64,000 nucleotides of DNA from Felis catus (Eukaryota): contig NC_058368.1 of assembly GCF_018350175.1 (NCBI RefSeq), positions 34,412,001-34,476,000 on the forward strand, read 5' to 3'. Within the stretch, counting starts at the first letter, position 1, and each line of letters begins with the position of its first letter. The translations under genes were made by a program, and so were the position numbers. The notes under the pieces are model-generated. The model was given only the letters and a program-made list of their open reading frames with translations, was not told the DNA's origin and made no database searches. Of this stretch, positions 25,920-38,340 are shown piece after piece.

Positions 25920-26055
25920 TGGGTGAAGGGGATTAAGGAGGGGACTTGCGATGAGCACTGGGTGTTGGATAGGAGTGTTGAATCACTCTGTTGTATACCT
26001 GAAACAAATATTACACTGTATGATAACTGGAATTTAAATAAAAACCTTGAAAAAT
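25845..26055 (+). mobile_element. Carnivore L1 3' tail with internal (GT)n at 25872-25916
   Basis: 'gatgagcactgggtgttg...gttgaatcactctgttgtatacctgaaac...aactggaatttaaataaaaa'. Confidence 0.9.
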
Positions 26056-27291
26056 TAAGCTACTTACATTAACTTTTAAAGACAAAGAGCCCATCAGATT
26101 AACTTATGGACCCATTATGTACACAGTTATACTCACAAGTAGTCAAATGAAATATATAAATATGAATTATAGATAGAAATAAACTCTCATGTGAGTTGAT
26201 GTCTGCCTCTCTTATCGGTGGGCTAATTTGGTATCTAAATCTGTTTCTTCTGCCCTCTTCATAAAGCTCCATGTTTTTCATGTCAATTCTACTGGCTAAA
26301 TTGATCTTCTCTTTTCTCCAGAAACTGCCTACGGTAGGATGTACCGTAGCACCTCTTCTATGCTCCCTCTGAAGTTGATGGATTGATATTTATTACAATT
26401 ATTACTAGGTTTGCACTCTTCAAGAACCCATTCGTCTCTCTTTTTCTTTTTCCCCTTTAAACTGTTCTTTGTAGACTAAATTTCCCTACCCTTGGCCATG
26501 CGCACACCACACACTCTTTACCACCTTGCATTCTACTCCTGCTATTGAGCTCTTATATACCCCTCAGGTGCTTTGGATCTTATATCGTGAACTTTTTCCT
26601 TACATCCCCAGCTTCTTTGCTGAGGAAATACTCCCTTTATGATGTATTCTGATGCCTTGTGTCTTTCTGAAGCTTTCTCTCTCTCCCTCCGTGTTGTGAG
26701 AGAAATTATTTATCTAGCCCACAAGAAAATCTATTTTTTGGATAGGAAACAGCTAACTTGTGTGTAGTTCCACAGAGAAGACAGTTCTCATCAAGAAACT
26801 AAGAAAATCCTTTATTTATATGTTCTCTGTTTCTTTAAATCAAAGTAGCCATATATCAAAGGCCGATGGCTGGCAGAGAACAGGAGAAACACTTTCTCAG
26901 CACTTTTATCTTTAACTCACTACTGTCCATTAAATAGAAGTTATATAATTATAATGTAAGCTATAACACAATGGATAATCACAACTATATAAGAATAATG
27001 CAAATTAAGCTGCACTTGATAAAAATAAGGTAGTGGACCTCAAATCCTCGAATTCAATGTTTTCTGTTATACTTTCACTAACGTTCTTTTGGTTTTATTT
27101 TAATGAACTTCTCTCTCTCTCTCTCTCTCTCTCTTTCCCTTAGATAAACCTACAGGCAAAACAGCGCTGGAAGCTTCAATAACCACTGCATGAAGTTTAA
27201 CTAATTAAAAGAAAATTTCAGGGAGAGCTGCAATTACCACACAAGGAATGAATTTCTGTCATTAAAAATGTCCGTGTGATCAAAATGTCTT

Positions 27292-27492
27292 GGGGCTTCT
27301 GGCTGGCTCAGTTGGTTAAGCATCCAACTTCAACTCAGGTCATGATCTCGCACGCTTATGAGTTTGAGTCCTGCATCAGACTCACTGCTGTCAGTACAGA
27401 ACCTGCTTTTTATCCTCTGTCTCCCTCTCTCTCTCCTCCTCCCCTGCTCACAGTCTCTTTCAAAAATAAACATTTAAAAATTATTAAAAAAT
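27292..27492 (+). mobile_element. CAN-SINE
   Basis: Head 'ggggcttctggctggctcagttggttaag'; TSD aaaatg(t/c)ctt. Confidence 0.94.
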
Positions 27493-27604
27493 AAAATGCC
27501 TTATTGTCTGCCTTCCTTCTCCTCTTTCCCTCTCTCTTCCTCTCCATCTTTTACCCCTTAAGTGTGGAAGTCATGAATGTTCTTCACAGTACCTCCAGTG
27601 TTCA

Positions 27605-27840
27605 TTCTTACAGTCACATGCAGAGTAGAATGGCTTGTCTCTATGTTCTTTGAAGTTTGCAGTGGCTCTGAGACCTGCTTTGGCCATGTCTAACTTCTGG
27701 ATATACCTTCAAGAGCCACTGGGAGAGTTTGCCACATACTCTTTCTCTCTGTTAATGCAATGGGGAAGAAAACCACTCAAAATGGTAGCTTGTCCATGTG
27801 CTCTGGCTGTGGAATGATGCTTTGAGCAAAGGCTTCAATT
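27605..27840 (+). mobile_element. MLT1J-like LTR fragment
   Basis: 'ctttgaagtttgcagtggctctgagacctgctttggcca...ttcaagagccactggga'. Confidence 0.55.
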
Positions 27841-27963
27841 TGTCTTTAATGAGTAAAAATCAAGACGACACTGAAAGAAGGAAATTAAAACAACTCATAA
27901 TGCAAACACCAGAGATAATCATTATTGATAATACATTTTGTAAGTTTTGTAAGTCACACAATC

Positions 27964-28030
27964 TGTGTGTGTGAGTGTGTATGGACATATTTTGTGTGTG
28001 TGTTTATGTATGTATGTATGTATGTATATA

Positions 28031-28068
<38 letters not shown>
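27964..28068. repeat. Compound (TG)n/(TATG)n/(TA)n microsatellite
   Basis: Directly visible. Confidence 0.95.
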
Positions 28069-28069
<1 letters not shown>

Positions 28070-28505
28070 TATATAACCCATACAAAGAATAATAACGTAA
28101 TATCATAAAGGCTTGCTTTTCTATGTATGAAGAGCATCCTTTCAAGGAAGTAAATGTTCTTCTATTATATAACACAAATAAAGTGAGGTTTTGCATCATA
28201 TGAATATATTTTGATATATTTTAATGGTTATTCTTGTTTTTTTTAATGTATTCAGTTATCGTCAAACAATTTGGGATAATAAACACCTTGTGATAAGTAT
28301 CCTAGCTTCAAAATATTTGCACAAAACATAATTATTATCTCTGAGGATAAATATCTACCTGTAGAATTTCTGAGTCAATGCATATACCAAATGGTGTTTT
28401 CTTAATAGGTAAACACAACATTTTTGAAAATCTAAAATTTTACCCTTATACCAACTACATGAGGTTTTAAGATTTCCTACAATCTTACTAAAAACAGAAA
28501 TCTTT

Positions 28506-28638
28506 ATCTTTTTTTAATATTTATTTTTGATATATATATACACATATATATGTATACATATACATACACACACATATATATATACACATATATGTATACA
28601 TACACACACATATATATACATATATATACATATATATA

Positions 28639-28691
<53 letters not shown>

Positions 28692-28694
28692 GGA

Positions 28695-28730
<36 letters not shown>

Positions 28731-28881
28731 ACGAGTGGGGGAAGGGTGGAGAGAGAGGAAGACACAGAATCTGAAACAAGCTCCAGGCTCTGAGCTGTCA
28801 GCACAGAGCCTGACGTGGGGCTTGAACTCATGACCTGAGCTGAAGTTGGACGCTTAACCGACTAAGTCACCCAGGTGCCCC
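28506..28881 (-). mobile_element. CAN-SINE expanded by an internal ~160-bp TA/CA microsatellite
   Basis: SINE body at 28691-28881, tail at 28506-28530; TSD-like aaaaca(ga)aatcttt. Confidence 0.93.
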
Positions 28882-30513
28882 AAAACAAATCTTTCATAAC
28901 TATTACCAATTTTACTAATGGAAAGTTTTAGAGTATGGAATTTATTTGGATTTATTTAGCATATGCATTTTTACATTTTTATTTTTCACTTGTCTACTAG
29001 GTTTAATATAACTATAGACATCATTTTCAGGCCACAAGCCTATAAGATTAAACTTTATTTCTCTGAGAAAGAAAATATTGAACTATTGTGGAAATGAAGA
29101 TACTTAGTCATACAATCTGTATGCTGATACAATACACACTGTCAACTTCTCCCTTTAGGCTATAAAATTAAGATACAATATAAATTGTGTTTTCACTAAG
29201 ATACCTTTTAACTGTCTCCAAGAGATTTTCTGAAGACAAAATAGGCTTACATTTTTATGATTGCTGATAAAGTAGCATCACATTTTTATTTGATCAAAAC
29301 TAGTATTGAATTTATCAAAGCAAACTGAATTTGTTTGAACTCTTCACGATAAATTCGATTTGTTTTAATTTTTTATAATTGAATTTTAGTAATGTCAAAC
29401 TATTTTCTCTCTAGAGAATAGAACCATGACTACAAAACTCTGACAGGGTCCTTTCAGAATCTGCAAAGCAGCTCATTTTCACTAAACAAGTAGGTATAGG
29501 ACCAAGTCAGTTATCAAAACGACTGATTTTTGACAATGATTTGTCTGAGTTCTAGGTGATAATTGTCTGACTCCTTTTCTACTTATGGATATGATTAGAA
29601 ATAGAAAATGTGAGTTTGAGAAAAATTTAAAAGATGAAGTAAATTTAGGTAATTGCAAATCTATTTGCAAACCTATTTTGGGCAAGATACATGAAATAAA
29701 GACACAGGTCGTCAAAACCTTGGTTTGAGCCATGAGTAAAAGAAAAAGGGTAGGAGACCCGTTTAAATTAGGAGATACAGCCAGGTTCTCAGATCTGTAG
29801 CCTGGTCAAAAGATAACAGTGCAGAAATAAAATTAATTTCAAGATTATTTACTTGAATTAATCAAATTTCAGGAATGGGATTTTCCTTCCCACTTTCTTT
29901 TCAGAACACAGCTATGATAATACATCTGTCACACTTTACAGCACTACCCTAGCTTTAGTCCAGCACATTTCTTTGGCGGTTTTCATCTCCTTTTCTGTCG
30001 ATTCTGTGCTACAATGCAAGAAATGACATCTCTCAGGAAAGGATCTGCCTCAAAATTAAAGCAGAGGAAGAAATTGACTGGGCCGAGCCAAATCCTCTCT
30101 TGCAGATGCAGAGATGCAGAGATGCAGGCCATGCAATGACTGTTCCAGATCAGCATATATGCCTTTAGTCAGGAAGGTGGGATTGCTATTTCATACCCAA
30201 GCAAATCTTCCAAAATTGTCACACAGAAAGGTGAAGTATTTTTTATTCTACCTGAAAGTCGAAAATATACTTTCTACCAAGGGCAATGAATCAGAATCGA
30301 CAATAGGAGAGCTATTGTCAACTTCTTTAGAGTAATAACAAACTCTTAACCAAACCCCTCCCCCCCAAAAAAAAAATTAGGAGAGGAAGCTTCACATTTC
30401 TTTTCATTAACCTTGTTAAAATTTAGATGTTGAAGCATCCATGAGAGAATGATATGTGAGAATTAAAATAATTATCTAAGAAAAATTACAACTAGGGAAA
30501 ATGTCATCATGGG

Positions 30514-30890
30514 TGTATTAGTCCAGAAAGTAATAAACTATAGTGAAGTAACAAGCAACTTGCAGCTCTTAATAAACTAATGTAAGTTTATCTCTCACTC
30601 GCACAGAATCTACCATAGTCCGGGCATCTGGTCTCCATGTGCTAACTCTGAGATCCAGGATGCTTCAATTGTGGCTACATCCCTCCACAAAGCCCAGAGC
30701 AGGGGAATCTGAACGGCATTTCCTCTGTCCATCATGGACATGAAGTACATTTTTACTGCTCATATTTCATTGGCTGAAGCTAATTACTTGGCCTCATCTA
30801 AACTCAAGAAGGTGATAGTATAGTTTTTTTATGTGTAAAAGATGAATAAATAGGAAACAATTTGTGATATCCAGCATAATGTCTGTCAAA
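30514..30890 (-). mobile_element. Old MLT1 (K/L-like) LTR
   Basis: Starts 'tgtattagtc'; 'tgctcatatttcattggctgaagctaattacttggcctcatctaaactcaag'. Confidence 0.65.
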
Positions 30891-30952
30891 GTGTGAATAT
30901 CTTGTTTAATTATAATGAAGGTTTATGCATTTATAAAAATCTCAAGTTTTCA

Positions 30953-30956
<4 letters not shown>

Positions 30957-30996
<40 letters not shown>

Positions 30997-31018
30997 TACA
31001 CATATATATGTATATATA
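30957..31018. repeat. (TA)n microsatellite
   Basis: Directly visible. Confidence 0.97.
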
Positions 31019-31379
31019 AAACAAGTGGAATCATATGCTAAAATGTCAATAGTGATTCAATGATTTCTTGATGGAGTAATTGTTTTTACTTCTTTTATTT
31101 TTGAGTTATTTTGGCACAGCATTTTATAATTTTTCAATCATAAACATGTATAACTTTATTCACATACAGTTAGAATGTATATTTTATTATACATGTGTGT
31201 CTATGTGTATATATAGAGTGAAATATTTTTTTTTATTTTCTTCTCTATGCTTTATTTACTAAATATGAATGTGAACAAATACTTCTGAATACATGTTTCG
31301 GATTTATTCTGGAAAATTGCCCTTCAAATACATAGTGGTCTGAAAAAATTGTAATTTTTTCAATCAACGGCATACTTAA

Positions 31380-33200
31380 TTCATTGATTTGTTCAGTTAA
31401 TATTTATAAAGGTCTCCCTTGTACCAGGCACTATTCCAATACTGAGGATTTGAAATTGGGGGAAAAATTAGGAGTCCCTATAGAATTTATATTCTGGTGA
31501 GAGAAGGACATAAAATAGATGAGAAAAATCAGTAAAAATATATAGGATGCTAAAAGTGCTAAAGAAAGAAATAAAACAGGTAACAGAGAAGTGCAGAGGT
31601 GAAAGAGGGAGGGAATTCAATGTTAAATAGTATGATGAGAGAAGAAGACCTCTTCATTAAGTTGATTTCTGAGTAAAGAATTTAAGATTATGAGAAAGTC
31701 AGGCCATTTAGATGTCTGTGGAGAGAGCATTCTAGACAGAAAGACCAACAAGAAAAAAATGCCCTAAGGCAGAACATAAGTAAGTGTTCTAGGAATAGGA
31801 ATGAGGCCAATAAGGACAGAGAGGAAAAAGCCAGGGGAAAGTCATAGAATTAGAGGTCAGAGAGGTCAGGCATGTGGCCGTATATTCTCTGGGATCTTGT
31901 AAGCCATGACAATGAGTTCGGCTTTTTGAGTTGGAAAGTCATGGGAGAGTTGTAAACAGAACAAGAGATCATATGTATTCTGGGTCACTCTAGCTGCTGT
32001 GTGCAAACATATGTTAAAGAGGGCCGAGGGCAGAAGCAGGGAGATCAAGAGCAAGAATCGAGATATGAGACCATGCTCTCTCCAACTAAAATGGTAGCAA
32101 TGGAGGTGGAGAGAAAAGATTATTGATTTGTTTTGAAGACAAAGTCAAAAAGATTTTGGGGACATATCATACTTGGAATGTGAGAGAAAGACTTGTTCAC
32201 CTGAAAAATAGAATTCCTCACCACATAGAAGGGGAAGACCGCCAAAGCAGGTTTGAGGCATAAAGTCAAGAGGTATTATGTATATGTGAAGTTGGAGTCC
32301 TTAACAAAATAATCAAGTGAAGTGTTTAAAAAGCAGCTAAATACACTCGTCTGCAGTTTCAGGAGAGAATTTCCCTGAAACTATAATAATAGAATGAATT
32401 AATGCTTATAATGCACTTATTATATACCAGGAACTATTTTTTTTCTAATATATGTATGAATTATTTATTTCATACAAAATTCTCATTAGGTTAAGTACTA
32501 TTACTATCAACATTTTATAGTGAGGAAACTGAGTCATAAAGAAGTTAAGTATTTGTTTCAAGGGCAAAGAGCTAGTGATACATAGTGAGAGTCTGTGTGT
32601 CTATTAAGCATGCTTCCTTCCTCTCTTGACAACTAATCATCATATAACTAGTATTTAAAGGCATAAAACTGGGTGAGATCCCCAAGAGTCAGGAGATAAT
32701 GGAAGAGGTCCAAAGACTTAGCCCTAGAGCCTTCCAGAATTAAGAGTTCTTAACTCTTGAGTTGCGAAAAATATCACCCCAGACAGTGGGAAAAGAGCAT
32801 CTTATAATGAAGAAAACAAGAAGGTTGTGCTGCCTTGGAAATAAAGATGTATTTCAAGGAGAAGGGTGTCATGAATTTAAAAAAAAAATGCTGATAGATC
32901 AAATAAGAAAGGCTTTAAACTGATGTTTGAACTTAGCAACATGGAGGACATTGGGAAGCTTGACAAGATTCATTCCAGTGAAGGGACAAGAGTGAACCTC
33001 AGAGGTAGAGGAAATGACAGGGAAACTAGGCAATTTTTAAAAGACTTCTGTAAAATAGAAAAGTAGGGAGGTAAGTAGATGGGATGGTGGGATCAACAAA
33101 GGGATTTTTGTTTGTTTGTTTGTTTGTTTGTTTGCTTTTAAGGTTAGAATAATAAGCCACTGTCTTGCACTCTCCTGAGGTAGAGTGTATAGAAACAGAT
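31380..33200 (-). mobile_element. Long L2 (L2a-like) fragment with nested MIR (~32390-32590)
   Basis: L2 terminus 'tcattgatttgttcagttaatatttat...gtaccaggcactattc'; purine-rich antisense L2 body; MIR core 'attttatagtgaggaaactgagtc'. Confidence 0.85.
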
Positions 33201-33414
33201 ACAAGGAGGTGTTAGGAATGAAGGAAATTATCATCCTATTTTGTATATTATCTCAGTGAATGAGAAGAACTTGTCTAAGTCAGAGGTGAAGATATAGGAA
33301 GACAAATACATGGGCAAGAGAACAAACTGGGATATCTCCTGTCAGATCTGCAAGAACATTGGGGTCAATGTCACTCATGGTAGGAGCAATACAAATTAAC
33401 TCTACTCAGAGCTG

Positions 33415-33775
33415 CCCTTAATATCTAACAGATGAGCCAAAACCCAAATGTTTGACCATACTCTGTGTTAGGGCAATGCCAGGAAAGAGACAAGCTCTTT
33501 GATACACTGGCAGTAGGAATAAAAAATGGTACAATCCTCGTAGCAAGGAATTTAGAAATACTATGAAAACATATATGCATTTAGCAAACCCACTTCTGGG
33601 AAAAATTGCCACATCATGAAAAAGCTCATGTGTATGGTTATTTTGTTATGGTACAATTTGTAAGTACAAAAGTTTGGAAATAACCCACATGTCTATGAGT
33701 ACAGGACTAGTTGAGCAATCCACAATTCATCCACATACCAAAATGCTCTGCAGGCTTAAACATGGGTGAAGAACA
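33415..33775 (+). mobile_element. L1ME-type ORF2-end/3' UTR fragment
   Basis: 'acactggcagtaggaataaaaaatggtacaatcc...tttggaaataacccacatgtctat'. Confidence 0.65.
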
Positions 33776-33910
33776 TTTTTCCACAGCCAGGTTTTAAAGT
33801 AATTAGCTTGTATTCCCTTCTAGTCTCTTTATGACTTCCCTCTCTCCCCTGCACTGTCGCTCCCCACCTTCATTCTCCTTCCTTCCAACTGCCAAAGCAA
33901 AATTTGCACT

Positions 33911-34394
33911 TGTGAAAAGTTAAACAGGCGAGGTGGTCTTTATTTAAGGCTATTGTGATAGCAGAGAGATGTTGGCCTCCATGGAAACAAGCAGCTAGAG
34001 AGTATTTAAGAGCTGAGGTGGGAAGCTCATAGGCCATCTGTATTTGCCTATCAACCTTACCCAGAGGAAAAGTCAATTTTCTCTTACCTTCATGATGGGA
34101 GATAGTTTTACAACTTGAAGCAAGCAAGGTGTTCCTGCCCTCATATAGAAACCTGGAGGTAATGCCTCTTCTTTGATGGTTACATTTCAAAGGGATGGCT
34201 GCCAGGTCCTTAGAGAGACCCTCCTGAACTTTAGTAAAGCTGGCAAAGGATTTTTTAAAAGATTTACCTCTTAAAGGAGTGGAGGAAGAATTTACAATTA
34301 AAGTTTTCTAAAGTAAATACCCTAAGAAAAGGAATTTTAGGTGCTTAGAGTCAAGAAAAAGGCTCTCTGAAGTTTAGACAAGTTGATGGAAACA
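33911..34394 (-). mobile_element. Solo LTR, ERV1-class-like (about 480 bp)
   Basis: Minus strand begins TGTTTCCATCAA and ends ...TTTTCACA, with AATAAA about 30 nt before the end; internal 'ggttacatttcaaagggatggctgccaggtcctt'. No clear TSD. Confidence 0.65.
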
Positions 34395-34409
34395 TTCAGG
34401 CCCACTTGG

Positions 34410-34630
34410 TCCCTCCTGCCTTCCCCACTCCTTCTCCTTCCCCTTCCTCCCTCCCTCCCTCCCTCCCTCCCTCCCTTCCTTCCTTCCTTCCTTCCTTCCT
34501 TCCTTCCTTCCTTCCTTCCTTCTTTCCTTCCTTCCTTCCTTCCTTCCTTCCTTCCTTCCTTCCTTCCTTCCTTCCTTCTTTCCTTCCTTCCTTCCTTCCT
34601 TCCTTCCTTCCTTCCTTCCTTCCTTCCTTC
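34410..34630. repeat. (CCCT)n/(CCTT)n polypyrimidine tetranucleotide repeat
   Basis: About 220 nt, almost purely C/T. Confidence 0.98.
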
Positions 34631-35506
34631 GAATATTTATTATCCCATCTTTTTAAAATCTATCTTGATGTACACATAGATGACTTTCGGCTGCTATATC
34701 TGGTGCTCACCAACAATCTGAAGGCTGATGACTGAGGGTCTATATTAATGAAAGCTTTTTTACAACTTTCATTACAGGACCAGTCCTGATTTAAAATACT
34801 AATATTAGCAATAGAAGAAACCTTCCGTAAGAATAACAAGAAAGGAAAACTAAATTCCTCTTATTTTCATTTGAATTTTTGTTTATGTGAACAGATGTGT
34901 TTAATTTATTCAGATAACTATGTAATCTTGAGATATATCCAGAGGGTTCAAGAATCATTTCACCCCTCCATTCTTTATAGATATCCAAATAAGATGGGGG
35001 GGGGCAGAGAAAGATGAATGGTTGAATTTGTAAGTTTCTTTAATATTTATTAAAAATGTTGGCACTATACCAGGTATAATTGATCAATATTACCTTCTGC
35101 TTATTCTTAGGCTAAGTGTTCAAAATTAATTGTGGAGATATTAGGATAAAATCCACGTAACACAGAGAAGGAAGATGCATTATGTAAGCCTAACCCATAT
35201 GTCAGACTTTTAAAGAATAAAGTAATTGTATGAGCTTAATTTTCAAGTTTTACAATTTTCTTTTGTCTCCTAAAAATCATTTCTGGCCCTGCCTCTAATG
35301 GAAATCCTTAACAGATATATCAAAACATCTTCTCTGCCATATTATTTTTTTCATAAAGGTCAATAAAAAAGATAAACAATTTAAGTGCAGAATTTATTTT
35401 TAAGTTGCTGAGAAATAAAATTGCTAAGAAGTCATGATATTATACTTTTCATCTGTCCAACCAACTTTTTAATTTTTTTAAGTGTCACTTAAAAACAGTA
35501 AGGAAA

Positions 35507-35726
35507 GGGGTGCCCGGGTGGCTTGGTTGGTTAAGCGTCTGACTTTGGCTCAGGTCATGATCTCGCGGTCCGTGAGTTCGAGCCCCGCGTCGGGCTCTGT
35601 GCTGACAGCTCAGAGCCTGGAGCCTGTTTCAGGTTCTGTGTCTCCCTCTGTCTCTGCCCCTCCCCTGTTCATGCTCTGTCTCTCTCTGTCTCAAAAATAA
35701 ATAAAATGTTAAAAAAATTAAAAAAA
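35507..35726 (+). mobile_element. Young CpG-rich felid SINE
   Basis: Perfect TSD aaaaacagtaaggaaag at 35491-35507 and 35727-35743. Confidence 0.97.
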
Positions 35727-35886
35727 AAAAACAGTAAGGAAAGTGATAGCTTTTGTTTCATATTGAGTTAAATTTACCTGAATAAAAAGGGCAAGCCCTT
35801 ACCTTTCTGCATAGCTAATTTGAAGAAAGGACTCAGAAAACAAAGTCAGATATATACTGAGTGTGGGTCTCTCAATATTTGCTGCC

Positions 35887-35890
<4 letters not shown>

Positions 35891-35917
<27 letters not shown>

Positions 35918-36113
35918 ATGTTTATTTATTTTTCAGAGAGACAGAGTGTGAGCCAGGAAGGGGCAGAGAGAGAGGGAGACACAGAATCCAAAGCAGGCTA
36001 CAGACTCTGAGCTGTCAGCACAGAGCCAGACTCAGGGCTCGAAATCACGAGCTGTGAGATCACAACCTGAGTTCAAGTTGGACGTTCAACAGAATGAGCC
36101 ACCCAGGCACCCC
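35891..36113 (-). mobile_element. CAN-SINE
   Basis: Perfect 18-bp TSD caatatttgctgccttta at 35873-35890 and 36113-36130. Confidence 0.97.
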
Positions 36114-36617
36114 AATATTTGCTGCCTTTAAAATGTAACGAACCTATAGCAAGTAAATTACTGAAATGACATTAATTTATTCTACAGAATAAAATTAATA
36201 TGTAGTTAACAAAATAGAAATAACATGAACGGGCAAACACAACCATACATTTTAAAACAATGGTATTGTCTTGTTGTTTTCTTGTGTCCAAATAAAAACA
36301 AGGTTTATTAATTTAATATGAAAAGCTGATGTGCGTGTGTGCACACGCACACACGTTAAATGCTTTAAAAAAGAAAAACTCCATGGGGCATGTGCAGAAT
36401 ATCTTTTTTAGTACTTAGAAATTACACATATTTAGCGAACACAGAAGTCACTGTTAGGGAGCACCTATTAGCCAATGATGAGATCATTAAGCATCAAAAA
36501 GAATAATGAATGCAACTGATTGAAACACATTGACTAAAAATGAAACAAACCAACATTGCTGTTCTGGGTTAAAATTGGATAAATAGAAGTGGCAACTTAA
36601 TGCAATGTGCAATCCTT

Positions 36618-37103
36618 GATGTCATAGAATTTAAATGGCCGCAAAGTCTTTGCCCTTCCTTCCATCAAGAAGTGAAGTGTATTTCTTTTCCCTTGAACTT
36701 AGGTTGGCCTTGTGAATTGCTTTGCACAACAGACCGCAGTAGAAGTGAGGTATCGGTGGTCAGGCAAGGCTTTTGGCTTGAATTTCAGTTTCTTCAGCCA
36801 AGAACCTTCTGCCTTTGCTCTTGGATCCCAGCTGCCATATTATAAGAAAATCCAGGCTAGACTCTCAAATGATTAATGACCACATAGAGAAATGAAGTGA
36901 GAGGCTATTTTAGATGTTCCAATCTCAGCTAAACTGCCAGGTGAATGCAGCCATATGAGTGAACTCAGTCCGTGTCAAGGAGAGCAAATGGACAAGTCAC
37001 GAGCCTCACCCAAATCTCAGATCAATGGAATCATGTGAAATAATAAATCACTGTTGTTTTAAGCAACTAAAATATTTTAGTGTAGCAAGAGATAACAAAA
37101 CAT
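36618..37103 (+). mobile_element. MLT1H-like solo LTR within an old L1M 3' UTR
   Basis: 5' 'aaatggccgcaaagtctttgcccttccttccatcaagaagtgaag'; 3' 'aataataaatcactgttgttttaagc...gcaagagataacaaaaca'. Confidence 0.82.
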
Positions 37104-37448
37104 CTTTGATATCCTATTCCAACAAAGCAAAAATAGTTCTCAACAATATTGTTCTGACAGTGGGTTAATCTGAATATAGACTGGATATGGGGAAACAATA
37201 TTTAAAATTTAAAATTTGGGTGCTTGTTATTGGTATGGATATGTAGGAGAATATCTTTATCCTTAAGAGATATTTGAAAATTTAGTATTTGAATTTAGTA
37301 TTTAAGTGTGCTACTGTATGGACTTATTTCCAAATAGTTCAGCCAAGAAGAGGGGAAATATAGATACATATATTGAGAAAAAAAGAAAATGTGCCAAAAT
37401 TTCATAAATTGAAGATTCTAGGTGAAGATTGTGAGGATATTCAAATTT

Positions 37449-37483
37449 CTTTTTAGTTAATTTACTTATTTTGAGAGAGAGAC

Positions 37484-37514
<31 letters not shown>

Positions 37515-37685
37515 AAGTGTGAGTGGAGGAGAGGGGCAGAGGGAGAGAGAAAGAAAATCCCAAGCAGGCTCTGCACTGTCAGCACAGAGCCTGATGCAAG
37601 GGTTCCATCTCAGGAACCACAAGATCATGACCTGAGCTGAAATCAAGAGTCAGAAGTTTAATATACTAAGCCACCCAGGTTCCCT
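37449..37685 (-). mobile_element. CAN-SINE
   Basis: (GA)n tract; 'agatcatgacctgagctgaaatcaagagtcaga...gccacccagg'. Confidence 0.94.
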
Positions 37686-38114
37686 GAATATTCATTCTAC
37701 TTCTCTTTATTCTAAAGTTTTTAATGTTTTCAAAATAAAAAAGTAGAAACATATGAATGAAAAATGAATAAATGAACATATATTAGCATATATGTAATGT
37801 TAGAGAACTTCTTTCTCAGTGAGTCCTTTTTTCACATCTCATTTAGAATTCTGTATAGTATTCTCACCAGACATTCCATATTGCCCTTCCCTGGTTTATT
37901 TTTACCTGATAAAAGTTATGGCCACGTGAAAATCTAGACATTTTTACATATTGTTATTATGAAAGTATTTATTTGCCATTCACTTATATATCGTCTGCAT
38001 CCCTCACTCTGCAATTTAAGAAACAAATAATAGAATTAATTGATAGAAAGTGGGCTATCTTGAATTTTTTTGCAACCAGAAAGATTAGTCCTTGACAAAA
38101 ACAAAGTACTGTAT

Positions 38115-38340
38115 TTAAAAAAAAAAATGTTTATTTACTCTTGAGAGAGAGAGAGAGAGTAGGAGAGGGGAGGGGGTGGGGGTGGGGGTTGGTTGCTGAA
38201 GATCCAAAGCAGGCTCTGCACTGACAGCTTAGAGACTGATACGGGGCTCGAACTCACGAACCGTGAAACCATGACCTGAGCCAAGGTCTGATGCTCAACC
38301 GACTGAACCACCCAGCACCCCAAAATGTTGTATTTTGAAA
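38115..38340 (-). mobile_element. CAN-SINE with G-run expansion
   Basis: 'ggggctcgaactcacgaaccgtga...caaccgactgaaccaccc'. Confidence 0.93.

Noticed and set aside
28504..28831. YI/HT-repeat ORFs
   Set aside because: Translation of the TA/CA microsatellite and SINE.
30102..30128. Three copies of (g/c)agatgca
   Set aside because: Short slippage repeat with no further support.
32739..32758. Hairpin aagagtt-ctt-aactctt
   Set aside because: A 7-bp AT-rich stem inside L2, expected by chance.
34383..34735. ORFs with PSFL/LPSF repeats
   Set aside because: Translation of the (CCTT)n microsatellite.
36330..36351. 10-bp-arm palindrome tgtgcgtgtg/cacacgcaca
   Set aside because: Ordinary (TG)n(CA)n low-complexity junction.
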